A DNA stretch of 63,504 nt, counting the filler, from Lenisia limosa (Eukaryota; Protista; Breviatea): the NCBI GenBank assembly GCA_001655205.1. It is 10 parts of 10 records of this genome, joined end to end, with 100 filler letters (N's around TTAATTAATTAA, not from the genome) between each part and the next. Parts side by side here need not be neighbours in the genome. Positions count along the whole stretch, not along the records: positions 11,402 to 21,984 come from LPNZ01009582.1; positions 22,085 to 27,660 come from LPNZ01000471.1; positions 27,761 to 47,707 come from LPNZ01010085.1; 7 more parts are not named here. One strand, given 5' to 3'. Both the position numbers and the translations under genes were made by a program. Shown here piece by piece: positions 14,401 to 31,223 of this stretch. The notes under the pieces are model-generated. The model worked only from the letters and a program-made list of their open reading frames with translations. It made no database searches and was not told where the DNA came from. Position 1 is the stretch's first letter. Each line of letters opens with the position of its first letter.

Positions 14401-17400
14401 ACCTTGTAACATTGTAGTTCTTTAAGGGTCTCACGGCATGCGGTGCTTGGGCATGTTTTGACGAGTTCAACAGAATCGGAATTGAAGTACTCTCCGTGGT
14501 CGCGTCCCAGGTTCGTCTTGTTGTTGTTGTTGTTTTTGTTTTTGTTCTTACTACTGCTGCTATTGTTGTTGTTTTTGTTCGTTTTGCTGTTGTTGTTTAG
14601 AGCTCTAGTCTTTCCGAATGTTCATATGTTTTTTTTTTATTACTATTTTTTTTTTATTGTTTTTCATTGTCGTTTTCTTCTTACCATATTTACAACTGGT
14701 GTCACTTTACTTACGATACATACTTTGCACTTACCATACTAGGCAACCATATCACTTACCATATTAGGTATTAGCCATTCAACAGGCCCTTGGGGCGGGT
14801 ATGAAGCGGTTCATGTTTGAAGGAAAAGAAATCCGACTCAACCAGACCTGTGCAATCTTCATTACCATGAACCCTGGGTAAGCGCAAATGTTGTTCAATC
14901 TCAAAACAACTCTGGATGAACAGTAGTATTTCATGACAGTTTTTGTTGTGGTATTATCATAAAGAGGGTTTTTCAAGAATGTCCTCTTTATTTTTTTGAA
15001 AAAATAGCCCAAATTAACTCACCCACCATGCACCATGCTCGCTTTTTTTAATCAATTNNNNNNNNNNNNNNNNNNNNNNNNNNNNNNNNNNNNNNNNNNN
15101 NNNNNNNNNNNNNNNNNNNNNNNNNNNNNNNNNNNNNNNNNNNNNNNNNNNNTGTTGACCTGCCTGATAACCTTAAGGTGAGGGGGGCCTCTCTCTCACA
15201 CACACACACACACAAACATTAAATATAAAGAACCTCAACTCAGGGAAAGTATTCCTTATGTAATAGAAAGAAATATCTAGTGTTTTGAGATTTCACAAAA
15301 CCCTGCGATTTGACGAAACAGGCTCTCTTCCGACCGGTTGCCATGGTGGTTCCCGACTACATTTGCATCGCCGAGGTCTGCCTTGGGTGTTAGTTTGTAT
15401 ATCATATCATCCATAATATTAATGATATTGCTTTTGGTGTTTGTTTAATGTAGAGTTTATTTGCTATTTGGTTGAATGTTGAGATTTACTGTGGTGAATT
15501 TAATTTTCGTCAAATAAAGATTAAAATTGTTCCATTCCCGTTACTCTCAATCCATCTTCCATTTCCCTCACCCCACGCCAGGTGGTGCTCATGGCACAAG
15601 GCTTCGAAACTGCCCGTGACTTGGCATCACGCGTGGTCCACGTTTTCAGTTTGAGCTCACACCAGCTGTCTACCCAGAAACACTACGACTTTGGAATGGT
15701 CAGGCGGGGGCTTGTTTTGGAATACTAACACGTAGCACCTTGTAATCAAACACTTCTCCTTCTCTACCCTCTTCAAAAACAAAATGTCTTTGATTTTGTT
15801 TTTTTTTTCTCTCAATGTGGACTGAAGGGATGCTGTGCTGCATGAGCGACTGACCTGGGCTTTGTTTTGTCATTGTTTTCTGTGATGTTTTCCCCATTTT
15901 TTTGCCAAAAGAGTTGACTCTCAATATTATTTTCATATGCTCATTTTCGAAATTCATCCTCCTCAGAGAGCAGTAAAATCCGTCCTATTCGCCGCTGGAG
16001 AGGACCGAAGAATCCGTGCAGCTAAGGATGGCGGACCCGAAGGAATTNNNNNNNNNNNNNNNNNNNNNNNNNNNNNNNNNNNNNNNNNNNNNNNNNNNNN
16101 NNNNNNNNNNNNNNNNNNNNNNNNNNNNNNATGATTATTTTCTTAATATTGTTTTTTTTTTGTTCGTATTTATTTTATTTTCATATTTTTATTAATTTTT
16201 TATTATTATATTTCCAATCTGACACCATCTTCGTCAAAACTACCAATATCCTCTAACAACCTTTTATCATCTTTTCATTTTACGCCAATATCCTGTATCT
16301 ACATTTTCTTCATTTTACCCCCTTACCCCAGACTCTCGGCGCAGGCCCCGAGGCTTCCAAAGCAGTAGCTCAATGGGAAAAATCTGTGGTGCTTCAGGCC
16401 GTTCGCAGCGCTAACATCGCAAAGCTTGTTGAAGAGGATGTTTCCTTGTTTAATGGCATTTTGAGAGACATTTTCCCTGACACTGAGGAAGATGAGACTG
16501 TGAGGGGGGCGGGGGTCTTGTTTTTTAATTAAAAAAATAGTTTATAGAGTAGGGTTCTCGGAGCTCCCCATGAGATAATTGTAGTACAGCCCCCCCCCCC
16601 CNNNNNNNNNNNNNNNNNNNNNNNNNNNNNNNNNNNNNNNNNNNNNNNNNNNNNNNNNNNNNNNNNNNNNNTGTGACCGCCCTTCATAACGCTGCTGAGC
16701 GACTTGGACTCCTTGTGAGGGGGCTACCAAAACCGGACAATGCCGAATCCCTATGAGCCTAGTTTCAATAGAAACTTCATCTCTATGAGCCTAGTTTCAA
16801 TAGAAACTTCATCTCTATGACCCTAGTTTCAATAGAAACTTCATCTCTATGACCCTAGTTTCAATAGAAACTTCATCTCTATGACCCTAGTTTCAATTTA
16901 GAATTAATAGGGTCTTATAATATTTTCTATACCTAGACGTGACAAATTCAGGTTATTCCGACTCAAATTGAGAAGGCACTTCAACTCTACCAAACCATTT
17001 CGGTAAAGGGGTTTGTTGGCAAAATACAACCCATGAAAGGAATATGTGCCTCCGCCCGCTCCTAACGCTGATATTCTTCATCAAAATTCCCTTTCATTTT
17101 ACCTCCATCCGCAGGTCCGACATGGCTTAATGATGATTGGAGGGGCAGGTTCGGCCAAATCCACCATAGTCAAACTTCTTGCTGCGGCGCTTCCGGAAGT
17201 GTTCGAGAAGGAAGCTGCGGAAAAGGCTCGGATTGAGGCCTTGAAATCCGGTGTTTCATTGACAAGCATTAAGACCTTTGATGAGGTTGAGGATGATGAT
17301 GATGATGGTGGGGGGCGTGATGAGGTTGAGGATTTTTTTTATTATTATTATTAATATTATTATTATGATTATTATTAATGGGGGTGTGATGCAGTTGGCT

Positions 17401-20400
17401 GGGTGAAGATAACGATAATAGGAGTAGAGGGATGAGAGAATGTGATTTTTTTTTATGTATAAATATACCCCCACCCACACCTTTCCCCCTCTTTTTTTTT
17501 CTTGACCTATCCAAATTTCTGGGGTATTTTTTGCTTATGACTTACCCGATTTCCAGGTGCTGCAAGCCAGGTGAAGGTCAACGTGTATCCGGTCTACTCC
17601 AAGGCCACATCCCTCAGTGCTTTATACGGCCACTTCGATGCTTCGTCTCACGAGTGGACTGATGGTTGGGAGTGGTATTGAAAAAGAAAAAAATGTGAGA
17701 GTCACGCAGGCCTCTCAATCTGTTCACAAAGACTTTTATCAAAAGTCTTCGGACAAGTCCTTACTTATTTCCTATCTAAGATCCTGCTACTTGGGGGGGG
17801 GGGGGAAGTTGGTTTTTTTTNNNNNNNNNNNNNNNNNNNNNNNNNNNNNNNNNNNNNNNNNNNNNNNNNNNNNNNNNNNNNNNNNNNNNNNNNNNCTATA
17901 CCATATATGGTCAGTTTGTATCTGTAGATAATATTATACAGATGGTCACATGTGCTTCATTAAAAATCTTGGGAAACTAACAAACACATTGGAGAATATC
18001 ATAAAAAAAAAAGGGAGGGGGGGGGAAATACGGGGTGTGATTTGTTGAAATAGTGTAAAAATATACATTTTGTTCATTAAGTGTTTTGTTAGCTAAAGTG
18101 TCGTCTCCTTCACGTATTTCCTATCTAACATCCTGCTTATTTCACCCACTTCCCAATAGGGCTCCTTGCCTCCATTCTTCGAAGCTGTGCTGCGGATACA
18201 TCTGAGGATTTACACTGGCTCCTTCTTGATGGGCCTGTTGACTCGTTAGTGGGATGTACGGCTCTTATTATCGAGCTGTTGTAATGGGGATAGTTTGTTG
18301 ACCCGGTTTGCTTCGGATTGTGTCATGATAAGTAGAAGCAATCGGAAAATGGCACACTTATCAATATTGAAATATTTCTAGATATTTAATCACCATACGT
18401 TAATGAAGACTGCTTGGTCAATAGGCGTCGCATCGTATTGGCAATCTTATTCGTTAATTACGGAGTTTCGACCTTTACTTGTATATTAGGCATTTTTGAC
18501 ACCTACTTACCATATTAGGCAATGGGTGGAGTCTCTTAACTCGGTCTTGGACGACAATAAGAAGCTCTGTTTGGCATCAGGAGAGACAATTGCGCTATCA
18601 CCACAAATGCGGATCTGTTTTGAGGTACCTGATCTTGCTGCAGCCACGCCGGCTACTGTGTCCAGATGCGGTATGGAGGGAGGGGGAGGGGGTTGTGCTA
18701 GGAGTTATATGATGGTTTGGAGGGTTCTTATGTTACTATTTCCACACCTTTCTTTGAAGGACGTTTGCGTTCTACTTACCATATTTGGAACATTTCTTCT
18801 TTCCGTATTATGCATGTTCTCCACTTTCGATATGAGGCAATAGGCTCTTACCGTATTAGGAATGATCTTCGTGAGTGAGGCTGTTGGTTGGGACGCTCAT
18901 CTCCACTCCTGGCTGGCCCTCCCCCCAGGTTAGTTGAAAATAGGGTTATTTATTTTTTCGAGTTGTGTGCTTTGTCTCCAATTCAGTACATTTTAAAAAT
19001 GATAGATTAACATCTAACCTGTTCTTCAAATTTCGACTGTATGTCTTATTACCTCCACTCAATATTTCATTTATTCGTTGATTAATTGACCCAAACGTAT
19101 AATTGTGTTTATCTCCTTGCTTTGATTAATCTTGATTGATACAATAATTTAATTATTTAACCTAAATTCACGAAAATATTATCAAAATTATTTTAATACA
19201 ATCTAGGGCCTCGAGCCTCCTCTCCAGGTGCCCTTCAGCCACCTCCCGCTGCTCTGGTATGGCTTTTCATAATAGTGTTTAATGTTTTTTTCTCCATCAA
19301 AGTTGATTTTTTATTTTTCTTATTATTATTTGTTCCTATTAACCCCCCCTCCCCCAGCTTGCATCTAAGCCCAAAAAAGTGTTCACATCACTCTGCCACA
19401 CTCTGATCCCGGCTATGCTTGATGCTCGGGCAAACATCCTCAAAAACGCCCATATTGACCTGGATGATGATCGGGGGGAAGGATGTGTGAGGGTTTTTTT
19501 TTTTTTNNNNNNNNNNNNNNNNNNNNNNNNNNNNNNNNNNNNNNNNNNNNNNNNNNNNNNNNNNNNNNNNNNNNNNAGAATGTCAGATGTTTTGTTTTAT
19601 ATCATATGTATGTAGGGCTTCACTTCGGTTCGAGAAAAAACCGTGGAAATATCGATAGTTTTCGAGGATTTATCGAGAAATTCAGTCATTTTGCTAACCG
19701 AAGTGAAGCTCTATATGTATGGATACATACCCCACCTCATCCTCCAATGGTATAACGCACACACACGTTTTCACCCACACGTATTCCCCAATATACACAT
19801 AGGATGCACCTAATAACACTAACACCCGCGCCTCACGCTTAACTCATCCCACAACATATTTGGACTATCCTTCTATTGTGTTTATTTTGACTTATCTTCT
19901 ATTGTGTTTATTTTGACTGATCTTCTATTGTGTTTATTTTGACTTATCTTCTATTGTGTTTATTTTGACTAACCGTCCACAGTGTACATGGACGTCCCCG
20001 AAGCATCCCTTGTTAACAACGGGCTCAAACTCTTCGCTGCCACAATCTCGAAATTTAAGAGCAGTGCTGATGAAGTGGACCCCCTTGCTGTCGGCCATGC
20101 CAGGAAAGAGGGTGGGAGGGGGGATCCCGGCTCGTAGTTGGGGTGAAGACCTTTATTTTGTTGTTTTTGGCCCTTATGCCTAAATATTTAGCCAATGGAG
20201 TTGATTTTGTCATGATATACTCGTGGTAGATATACAATTTACCCAGCTCCCCACAGAGCCGGAATCGAGCCCCTTAGCTGGCATTGGCTACAGATCTAGG
20301 CGATCTAAAGAGACAAACGACGGCCCGGCCGTTCACCCCCTCACTCCCGCCGGCGTGTGTTATATGGAGGCATGCCTTGTGTTTGCTATGGTGCGCGCGG

Positions 20401-21984
20401 GGGGGTGTTGTGTTTCCCATTCTGGGTATTATTTGTTATTATATTTTATGTTGGAGGCTTTGTTTCTTTGTTCTTAATTCTCATGTGCAAGAGAATTGAT
20501 TTTGTCTTTTTTATTTCATAAATTTTTCAATTTTACTCCCCCCCCCCCCNNNNNNNNNNNNNNNNNNNNNNNNNNNNNNNNNNNNNNNNNNNNNNNNNNN
20601 NNNNNNNNNNNCTGGATAGGGAAGTAAGACAGTCCTTGGAATTGTGGGCAACTTTGAGAGCAAATGTCATTCCCACTGAAGTCACGCAAGACCTTGTGGA
20701 GGTGGGAGGAGATATTATGGTATTAATATGCGACTGCCAAATAGGCAGTAATCCACCCCCAGCAATAGAGTTTATTATTTGTTTGTTTTGCTCTTACCTC
20801 AATAACGCAAATAACACAAATTCGGTTATTTTCAAAAATATTTCAGATTTGTTTTGTGTACTTTTTATTTTTTGTTTCATTTTTTTATTATAAATTTTTC
20901 ACCCTGTAGGTTGCTGGAGGTTTGCCTGAGGCCCACACCATCTTCGACCTCGTGCTAGGTGAAGGCAATATCTGGTCAACTTGGTCGGACGTCGCTCTCA
21001 GCTCCAAACACGACGTGGGAGTGGGGGCAAAATGTCTCACTCCATTTTCTTTCTTTTCCTTTTTTTTTTTTTTGTTTTTACACCCCTTAGGAGGGCCAAG
21101 ACGAAGTGGTTGTGGCCGAAGTTGCCGCAGTGGGCAAGCTTCTAGACCTTTCCATTGCAGGCATGATCCCCACACTCCTGACGGGGCCTACTGGTAGGGA
21201 GTGGGTGAGCTACTCAACGTGATGGTGTGGACGGTTTCGGCCAGTCTTATTAGGTTGGCTGAGTTCTCAAGCTCTCAGGGCTTTCATAGATACTACTTAA
21301 AAATGGACGAAGAAAAACAAATTGTAAGAACCAGAATGCAGTGTCAGGAGGACAACCATATTGGACGAATACTGTGTCTAGATTCCTGGAATACTATGAC
21401 ACTTCCAACTGGAGCCCTATTTTCTATTTATCATGTACACTATAAGACAACAGTATATTATAGAGGGACGTGGCAGGAGGGGCTCAAATTATAGAAAAGA
21501 GGCTCGGGCGGTGAAATTAATTTCAATTCAACAGATTCAAAAACGCCTTTTCATACAGAATACCAGGACCTCTATTTCCCGTAGTAACTTTCTTCAGGAG
21601 TTGGCAAGACGTTGTGTTCACAGGCCTTCGGCTCAAAATGGGCCTCCGCCACTAACCATGTTGTTGAAGTGTCCTTTAGTGCTTCGTCNNNNNNNNNNNN
21701 NNNNNNNNNNNNNNNNNNNNNNNNNNNNNNNNNNNNNNNNNNNNNNNNNNNNNNNNNNNNNNNNNNNNNNNNNNNNNNNNNNNNNNNNNNNNNNNNNNNN
21801 NNNNNNNNNNNNNNNNNNNNNNNNNNNNNNNNNNNNNNNNNNNNNNNNNCAATATCTCTCATAAGAGAAATAATGTAGATGGCTTCGACATGATACAACC
21901 TTATATTACATATTGCTACACATTACACATTGCCACTTATTTAACCGTACAGTCTGTTGATAACGACATTGAAAAGCGGCGGGC
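11402..21984 (+). CDS. Dynein heavy chain, axonemal type (linker through AAA3, partial, many exons)
   Basis: [14 protein letters not shown]; [18 protein letters not shown]; GPAGTG; [12 protein letters not shown]; FITMNPG; [14 protein letters not shown]; HYDFGMRAVKSVL; VRHGLMMIG; [31 protein letters not shown]; PATVSRCGM; LLTGPTG. The KKLCL motif is axonemal rather than cytoplasmic. Confidence 0.97.
12068..12204 (+). repeat. Intronic repeat family A, ending at the 3' splice site (gggatgcggtgctgcagaagcgactggcctgggc...tcagccaacagagttgattttggg...ttttactcccc..AG)
   Basis: At least 15 copies, e.g. 11527, 12598, 13760, 15826, 49462, 51183, 57935 (+) and 8205, 53230, 59516, 60835, 61661 (-). Many abut an exon-start AG. 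Confidence 0.9.
12891..12904 (+). repeat. Acceptor motif family D (ACTTACCATATTAG|G)
   Basis: The same 14-mer forms the intron end at ~12902, 14767, 18519, 18859 (variant) and 57466, often with tandem upstream copies. Confidence 0.85.
16752..16880. repeat. Tandem repeat, ~32-bp unit (ctatgaccctagtttcaatagaaacttcatct), about 4 copies, in a dynein intron
   Basis: Direct reading of the sequence. Confidence 0.9.
19866..19975. repeat. Tandem repeat, ~26-bp unit (tcttctattgtgtttattttgactta), about 4 copies
   Basis: Direct reading of the sequence. Confidence 0.9.
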
Positions 21985-22085
21985 NNNNNNNNNNNNNNNN
22001 NNNNNNNNNNNNNNNNNNNNNNNNNNNNTTAATTAATTAANNNNNNNNNNNNNNNNNNNNNNNNNNNNNNNNNNNNNNNNNNNNT

Positions 22086-27363
<5,278 letters not shown>

Positions 27364-27805
27364 GCCTGAAGGAAGTGATACTAAGCCTCGAAATACACCA
27401 TAAATCAGAAGGAGTGGAGGCAAACAAGAGGATAATGTACATTTTTCATTTTTTCATAGGTCCAATGTGTCTCACTTGAATTGAAGGAATACGTTTTAAA
27501 CGACAGCAGAGACCCCCCCCCCCCACCTTTATTTTGTCTTCTCAGCGAAATTAAACACATATATTCATTTAGGTGAGAAAGGTCATCAGAGAGTGTTGTG
27601 AGTTGTGAGTTCTTTTTTCTCTCTTGATTTCTTGGTCCTCTGAATCCGGTCGATTCTCTGNNNNNNNNNNNNNNNNNNNNNNNNNNNNNNNNNNNNNNNN
27701 NNNNTTAATTAATTAANNNNNNNNNNNNNNNNNNNNNNNNNNNNNNNNNNNNNNNNNNNNTTTCGGTCCCCCAGGTTTATCATATTGACCCCTGTCATTT
27801 TTGTG

Positions 27806-27820
27806 GCCCGCCCGGCACCA
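27806..27820 (+). promoter_or_regulatory. Candidate promoter element GCCCGCCCGGCACCA (second copy at 32208-32222, minus strand)
   Basis: Exact 15-mer about 120 bp upstream of PK and about 155 bp upstream of GLTP, in the same orientation relative to each gene. Confidence 0.5.
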
Positions 27821-27942
27821 CTGTCTGCAGCCCCCCCTTGGTTGCACACAAGCCCACAAGTTGACCGTTGGCTGATCGCAAGCCTGCAAGCTATTACTTT
27901 GTTACAACTTGATCTTCACCTGGTGTCACCCCTTGGAAGAGA

Positions 27943-30900
27943 ATGACAGCTTCTGAGGACTGGATGTTGTCACATGACTCTTTTTCATCAATGACTGCAT
28001 TTTATGTAGGTTAAATGGATTTTGGTCATATTGTTTTAGGGTTCTAGGCCTGTTCATTTCCAGTCAAATCGTTCTCGTACATTTGTTCAGTTGGCCGGGA
28101 CTATGTCTCCAAAAGTCTTCCTGTAAATGTTATCAGGTCAACAGCGTTCAGCTTTGGGTAAGATTAATACAAAATGGAATGACTGTTGTTCGGTTGAACA
28201 TGAGCCATGGGGTGCCTGAAGAGCATATGATTCTAGTGAAAACTTTGCGTGATGCCGAAAAAAAAAGTGGAGTGCCGCTTAGCATAGTTATTGATTTGAA
28301 AGGGCCCGAAATCCGGACTGGAAGAGTCGTTGGAGAATGTGTTTGTTAAATTTTCTTTAAAAACATGATTTTTCCTCCTACAGGTTTCAATTGTCAAGGG
28401 AAGCATTGTTAACTTAACAGTTGATGAGAAATATGCTAAGGTTTGCTTGGCATTTCTAAAAATGGCTTCAACTGCAAAGAATATTTTTGTGGATTTACCT
28501 AGTTTTGCTCAAGCCGTTTCTATTGGACAGGTATCCTCTATTTTTTCACCAGCGTGTTTTTATTGATGATGGACTTCTTGAATTGGAGGTTATTTCAATA
28601 TCAAGGGAAAATGTCATTTGTACTGCTTGTAACTCTTGTGGGTTTTGATAGGGTAATTCATTTCTGTTTGTACCAAAGGAATGATACTGTAGGTGAAATT
28701 TCTTCATTGAAGGGGGTAAATTTGCCTTCCAAGGAGAGTGGAAATGAAAATAGTATTCCGACTTTATTCAAGCATGACGAAGTTGCTCTGCAGTTTGAAT
28801 GTGATTCTTGATTGTTCAGGTTTGGAATGGAAGCTGAAGTTGATCAAGTTTATGTGTCGTTTACACGGTCATCCCATGACATCAGGTTGAGGGGAAATCT
28901 CAGTTGAATCAAGTTTTTGCGTGCATGTGCTAACTGGCTAAACAACTATTTTAAACTAATACCTGATCGGGGGCTATATGGGGGTTATGTGGTGTGAATC
29001 ATCTGTATATGTTCTCTTCACGCTCTACAAAAAGAAGAATCAATGAGTTCAACAAAAAGATTAGACTTACAAAATTTTGGTGAAAAGGAAATTCCAATTT
29101 ACAGCGGAGGTATTTTCTTGTATTTGTATTATATCATCCTGTTTGAAATTTGACATTTTTTTAGAGCGGTGAAAGAGTATTTAAAGGGATCAGCAAACCC
29201 AATTCAAGTAATTGCTAAAATTGAAAACACTGAAGGTTCTTTTTTATGTTCTGATTGTGTAGGACTTACTAATCTTGATACAATTCTTGAAGAGTGTGAT
29301 GGTGTCTTGGTTGCAAGAGGTGATTTAGGTGTTGAAATAGGTTTTTATTTTATTTTCAATATGGTCTTGATAAAGTTATTGCTTTACAACAAATCATTGT
29401 TTCAAGAGCGACTCTTGCTGGAAAAGTGTGAACCCTTTTCTGTTTATGTTGAATTTAGCCTTCAATTGTTGCTACTCATATGCTTGATAGCATGATTAAC
29501 CAACCTCGTCCAACTCGTGCAGAAGTTTCTGATATTACACATACTGTTCTTGATGGCGCTGGAACTCTGCTGTTGACTGGAGAAATTGCCAAAGTAAGAG
29601 ATATTTTTTGAAATTATCTTAGATAGTTATATAATATACTATATCGTATGATTATAGTATATGATATGTATATTGTTTTTAATTGAAGTAAATTCTGAAG
29701 ATGATCCTCAAAAATGATATGAATTAACATTATATGATCAATACTGTAATTTTCAACTTATTCTATCAAGGACAATGTTCATTTTGGCTTGTTTTCACAG
29801 ATAGAGGAAAATTCACAGATATATGGACGCTGTGATATGTCATATGTAATAATACTATTATCATCATTGTTATTGGGCTTTCTTTGTCTTCTTATCTACC
29901 CCAAAAAGGGAAGAGGGGGGGGGATCCAGGATTATTCACCACTTTCGTTTTTCTTTTTATGATCAGAATATGCTCTGTTAATGAGGTAAAGTTATCAAAA
30001 AAAAAAGGAAAATTCAGCGACTCTTAAGAGAGATGTTTTTGGGGATAATTATGGTGAACTCACACTTTTTTTTCCTTATCAGGTAAAGAAAGAAGTATTA
30101 AATTTTTCCTACTCTGGACTCATAAGATTTTGTTGTCACCACTAGTGATATGATCGTTTGACCTACTTTCGAGTCGAAATGACGAATTATGGTACACGAG
30201 GATTAATCCGAGTTTATCAGAGTGTCATTGAGGCCGGTCAATTATCACACGAGTAGATGTGAGGTATCATATCAGTGTGGACAATGGACAATGTGAAAAT
30301 GATCCAAAAAAGTGATAATAGTGCTGATTAGTAGACTTAAATGCAGCTTAGAGAGCTTCTCAGCGGCTTGCGTGGAGAGGAGAGAGTTCATAGTTTCGGA
30401 AGATAGACAAACCCCTGAGGGCCTCATTTAAGTCAGCAGGTCACCAATTAGAGTCAAAAAGAACGCAGAAGAGCCAAAAACAAAAGGAGCAACACAATTG
30501 GATACAAAAAACCTCAAAAAAAAAACTGTGTTTCTGTGGAGCACTTGCTATTTAGAAAAGTTATGATCAAATACTACCAAATTATTGATGAGATATGCCT
30601 TTTATTTTTCAGAAGAACCATAAATAATGGCTCAGTGGTTCTACCCCAATGACCGCTCTGAATAAGACTCAGTTAATATCAGATTTGGCTTCTGACACAT
30701 AATGTCTTTTTTTCGATAATCAATCAATAATTTTTTTTTAAAAAAAAAAGCAATGATCTAATTTTAAACAGGGGAAATATCCACATGAATGTCTTAATAT
30801 ACTTCGTGGAACCGCTGTTGCAGCTGAAGGAATTCTCCCTAGTCACTGCTTTAGCCTGTTACAACAAGCTTCTTTACAATCAGTTTTTATTGTTATTCAA

Positions 30901-31223
30901 CCTAGGATAAACTTGCAACAGTGGTGTTATCTACGATGGATAATTACATTCCTTCTGCAATTGTCACTTTCGACTTAAATGTTGCCGCAACCCTTTCTTC
31001 CAAAGTTTGACAAACCTTTTAACCCTGTTTTTGCTTCCAATGCCAATTTTATTTCAAACCCAAACCCTCCATCAAGCTAGAGCAACCCGGTTGTTTAGAG
31101 GGGTTTTCCCGGTTTGCTGTTTTTATTAACCAGGTCAGTTCGTGCTCAACTGCTGGTGCTATAACTGAATTTAATGAAAAGTATAACTGCAAATTGGATC
31201 AAAATAAAGTCTTAAACATTTAA
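27943..31223 (+). CDS. PK: Pyruvate kinase (complete, about 14 introns, three GT-TG)
   Basis: ICSVG; RLNMSHG; [10 protein letters not shown]; VFIDDG; KGVNLP; AKIENTEG; ARGDLGVEI; [18 protein letters not shown]; [13 protein letters not shown]; RLFRGVFP; stop TAA at 31221-31223. Confidence 0.96.
28441..28464 (+). other. 24-nt GT-TG intron (PK)
   Basis: gtttgcttggcatttctaaaaatg. Removal gives DEKYAK|[11 protein letters not shown], colinear with yeast PK DDKYAKACDDKIMYVDY (recalled). It is in frame and stop-free, so retention cannot be excluded. Confidence 0.75.
29341..29363 (+). other. 23-nt GT-TG intron (PK)
   Basis: gtttttattttattttcaatatg. Removal restores the frame: [28 protein letters not shown]|[11 protein letters not shown], colinear with [39 protein letters not shown]. 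No AG within the segment. Confidence 0.9.
31005..31027 (+). other. 23-nt GT-TG intron (PK)
   Basis: gtttgacaaaccttttaaccctg contains an in-frame TGA. Removal gives SK|[25 protein letters not shown], colinear with [27 protein letters not shown]. The next two downstream AGs give the wrong frame. Confidence 0.9.

Noticed and set aside
16752-16880. CRISPR-like arrays (also 19866-19975, 54335-54450)
   Set aside because: Head-to-tail tandem units without unique spacers, inside eukaryotic introns, with no cas genes.
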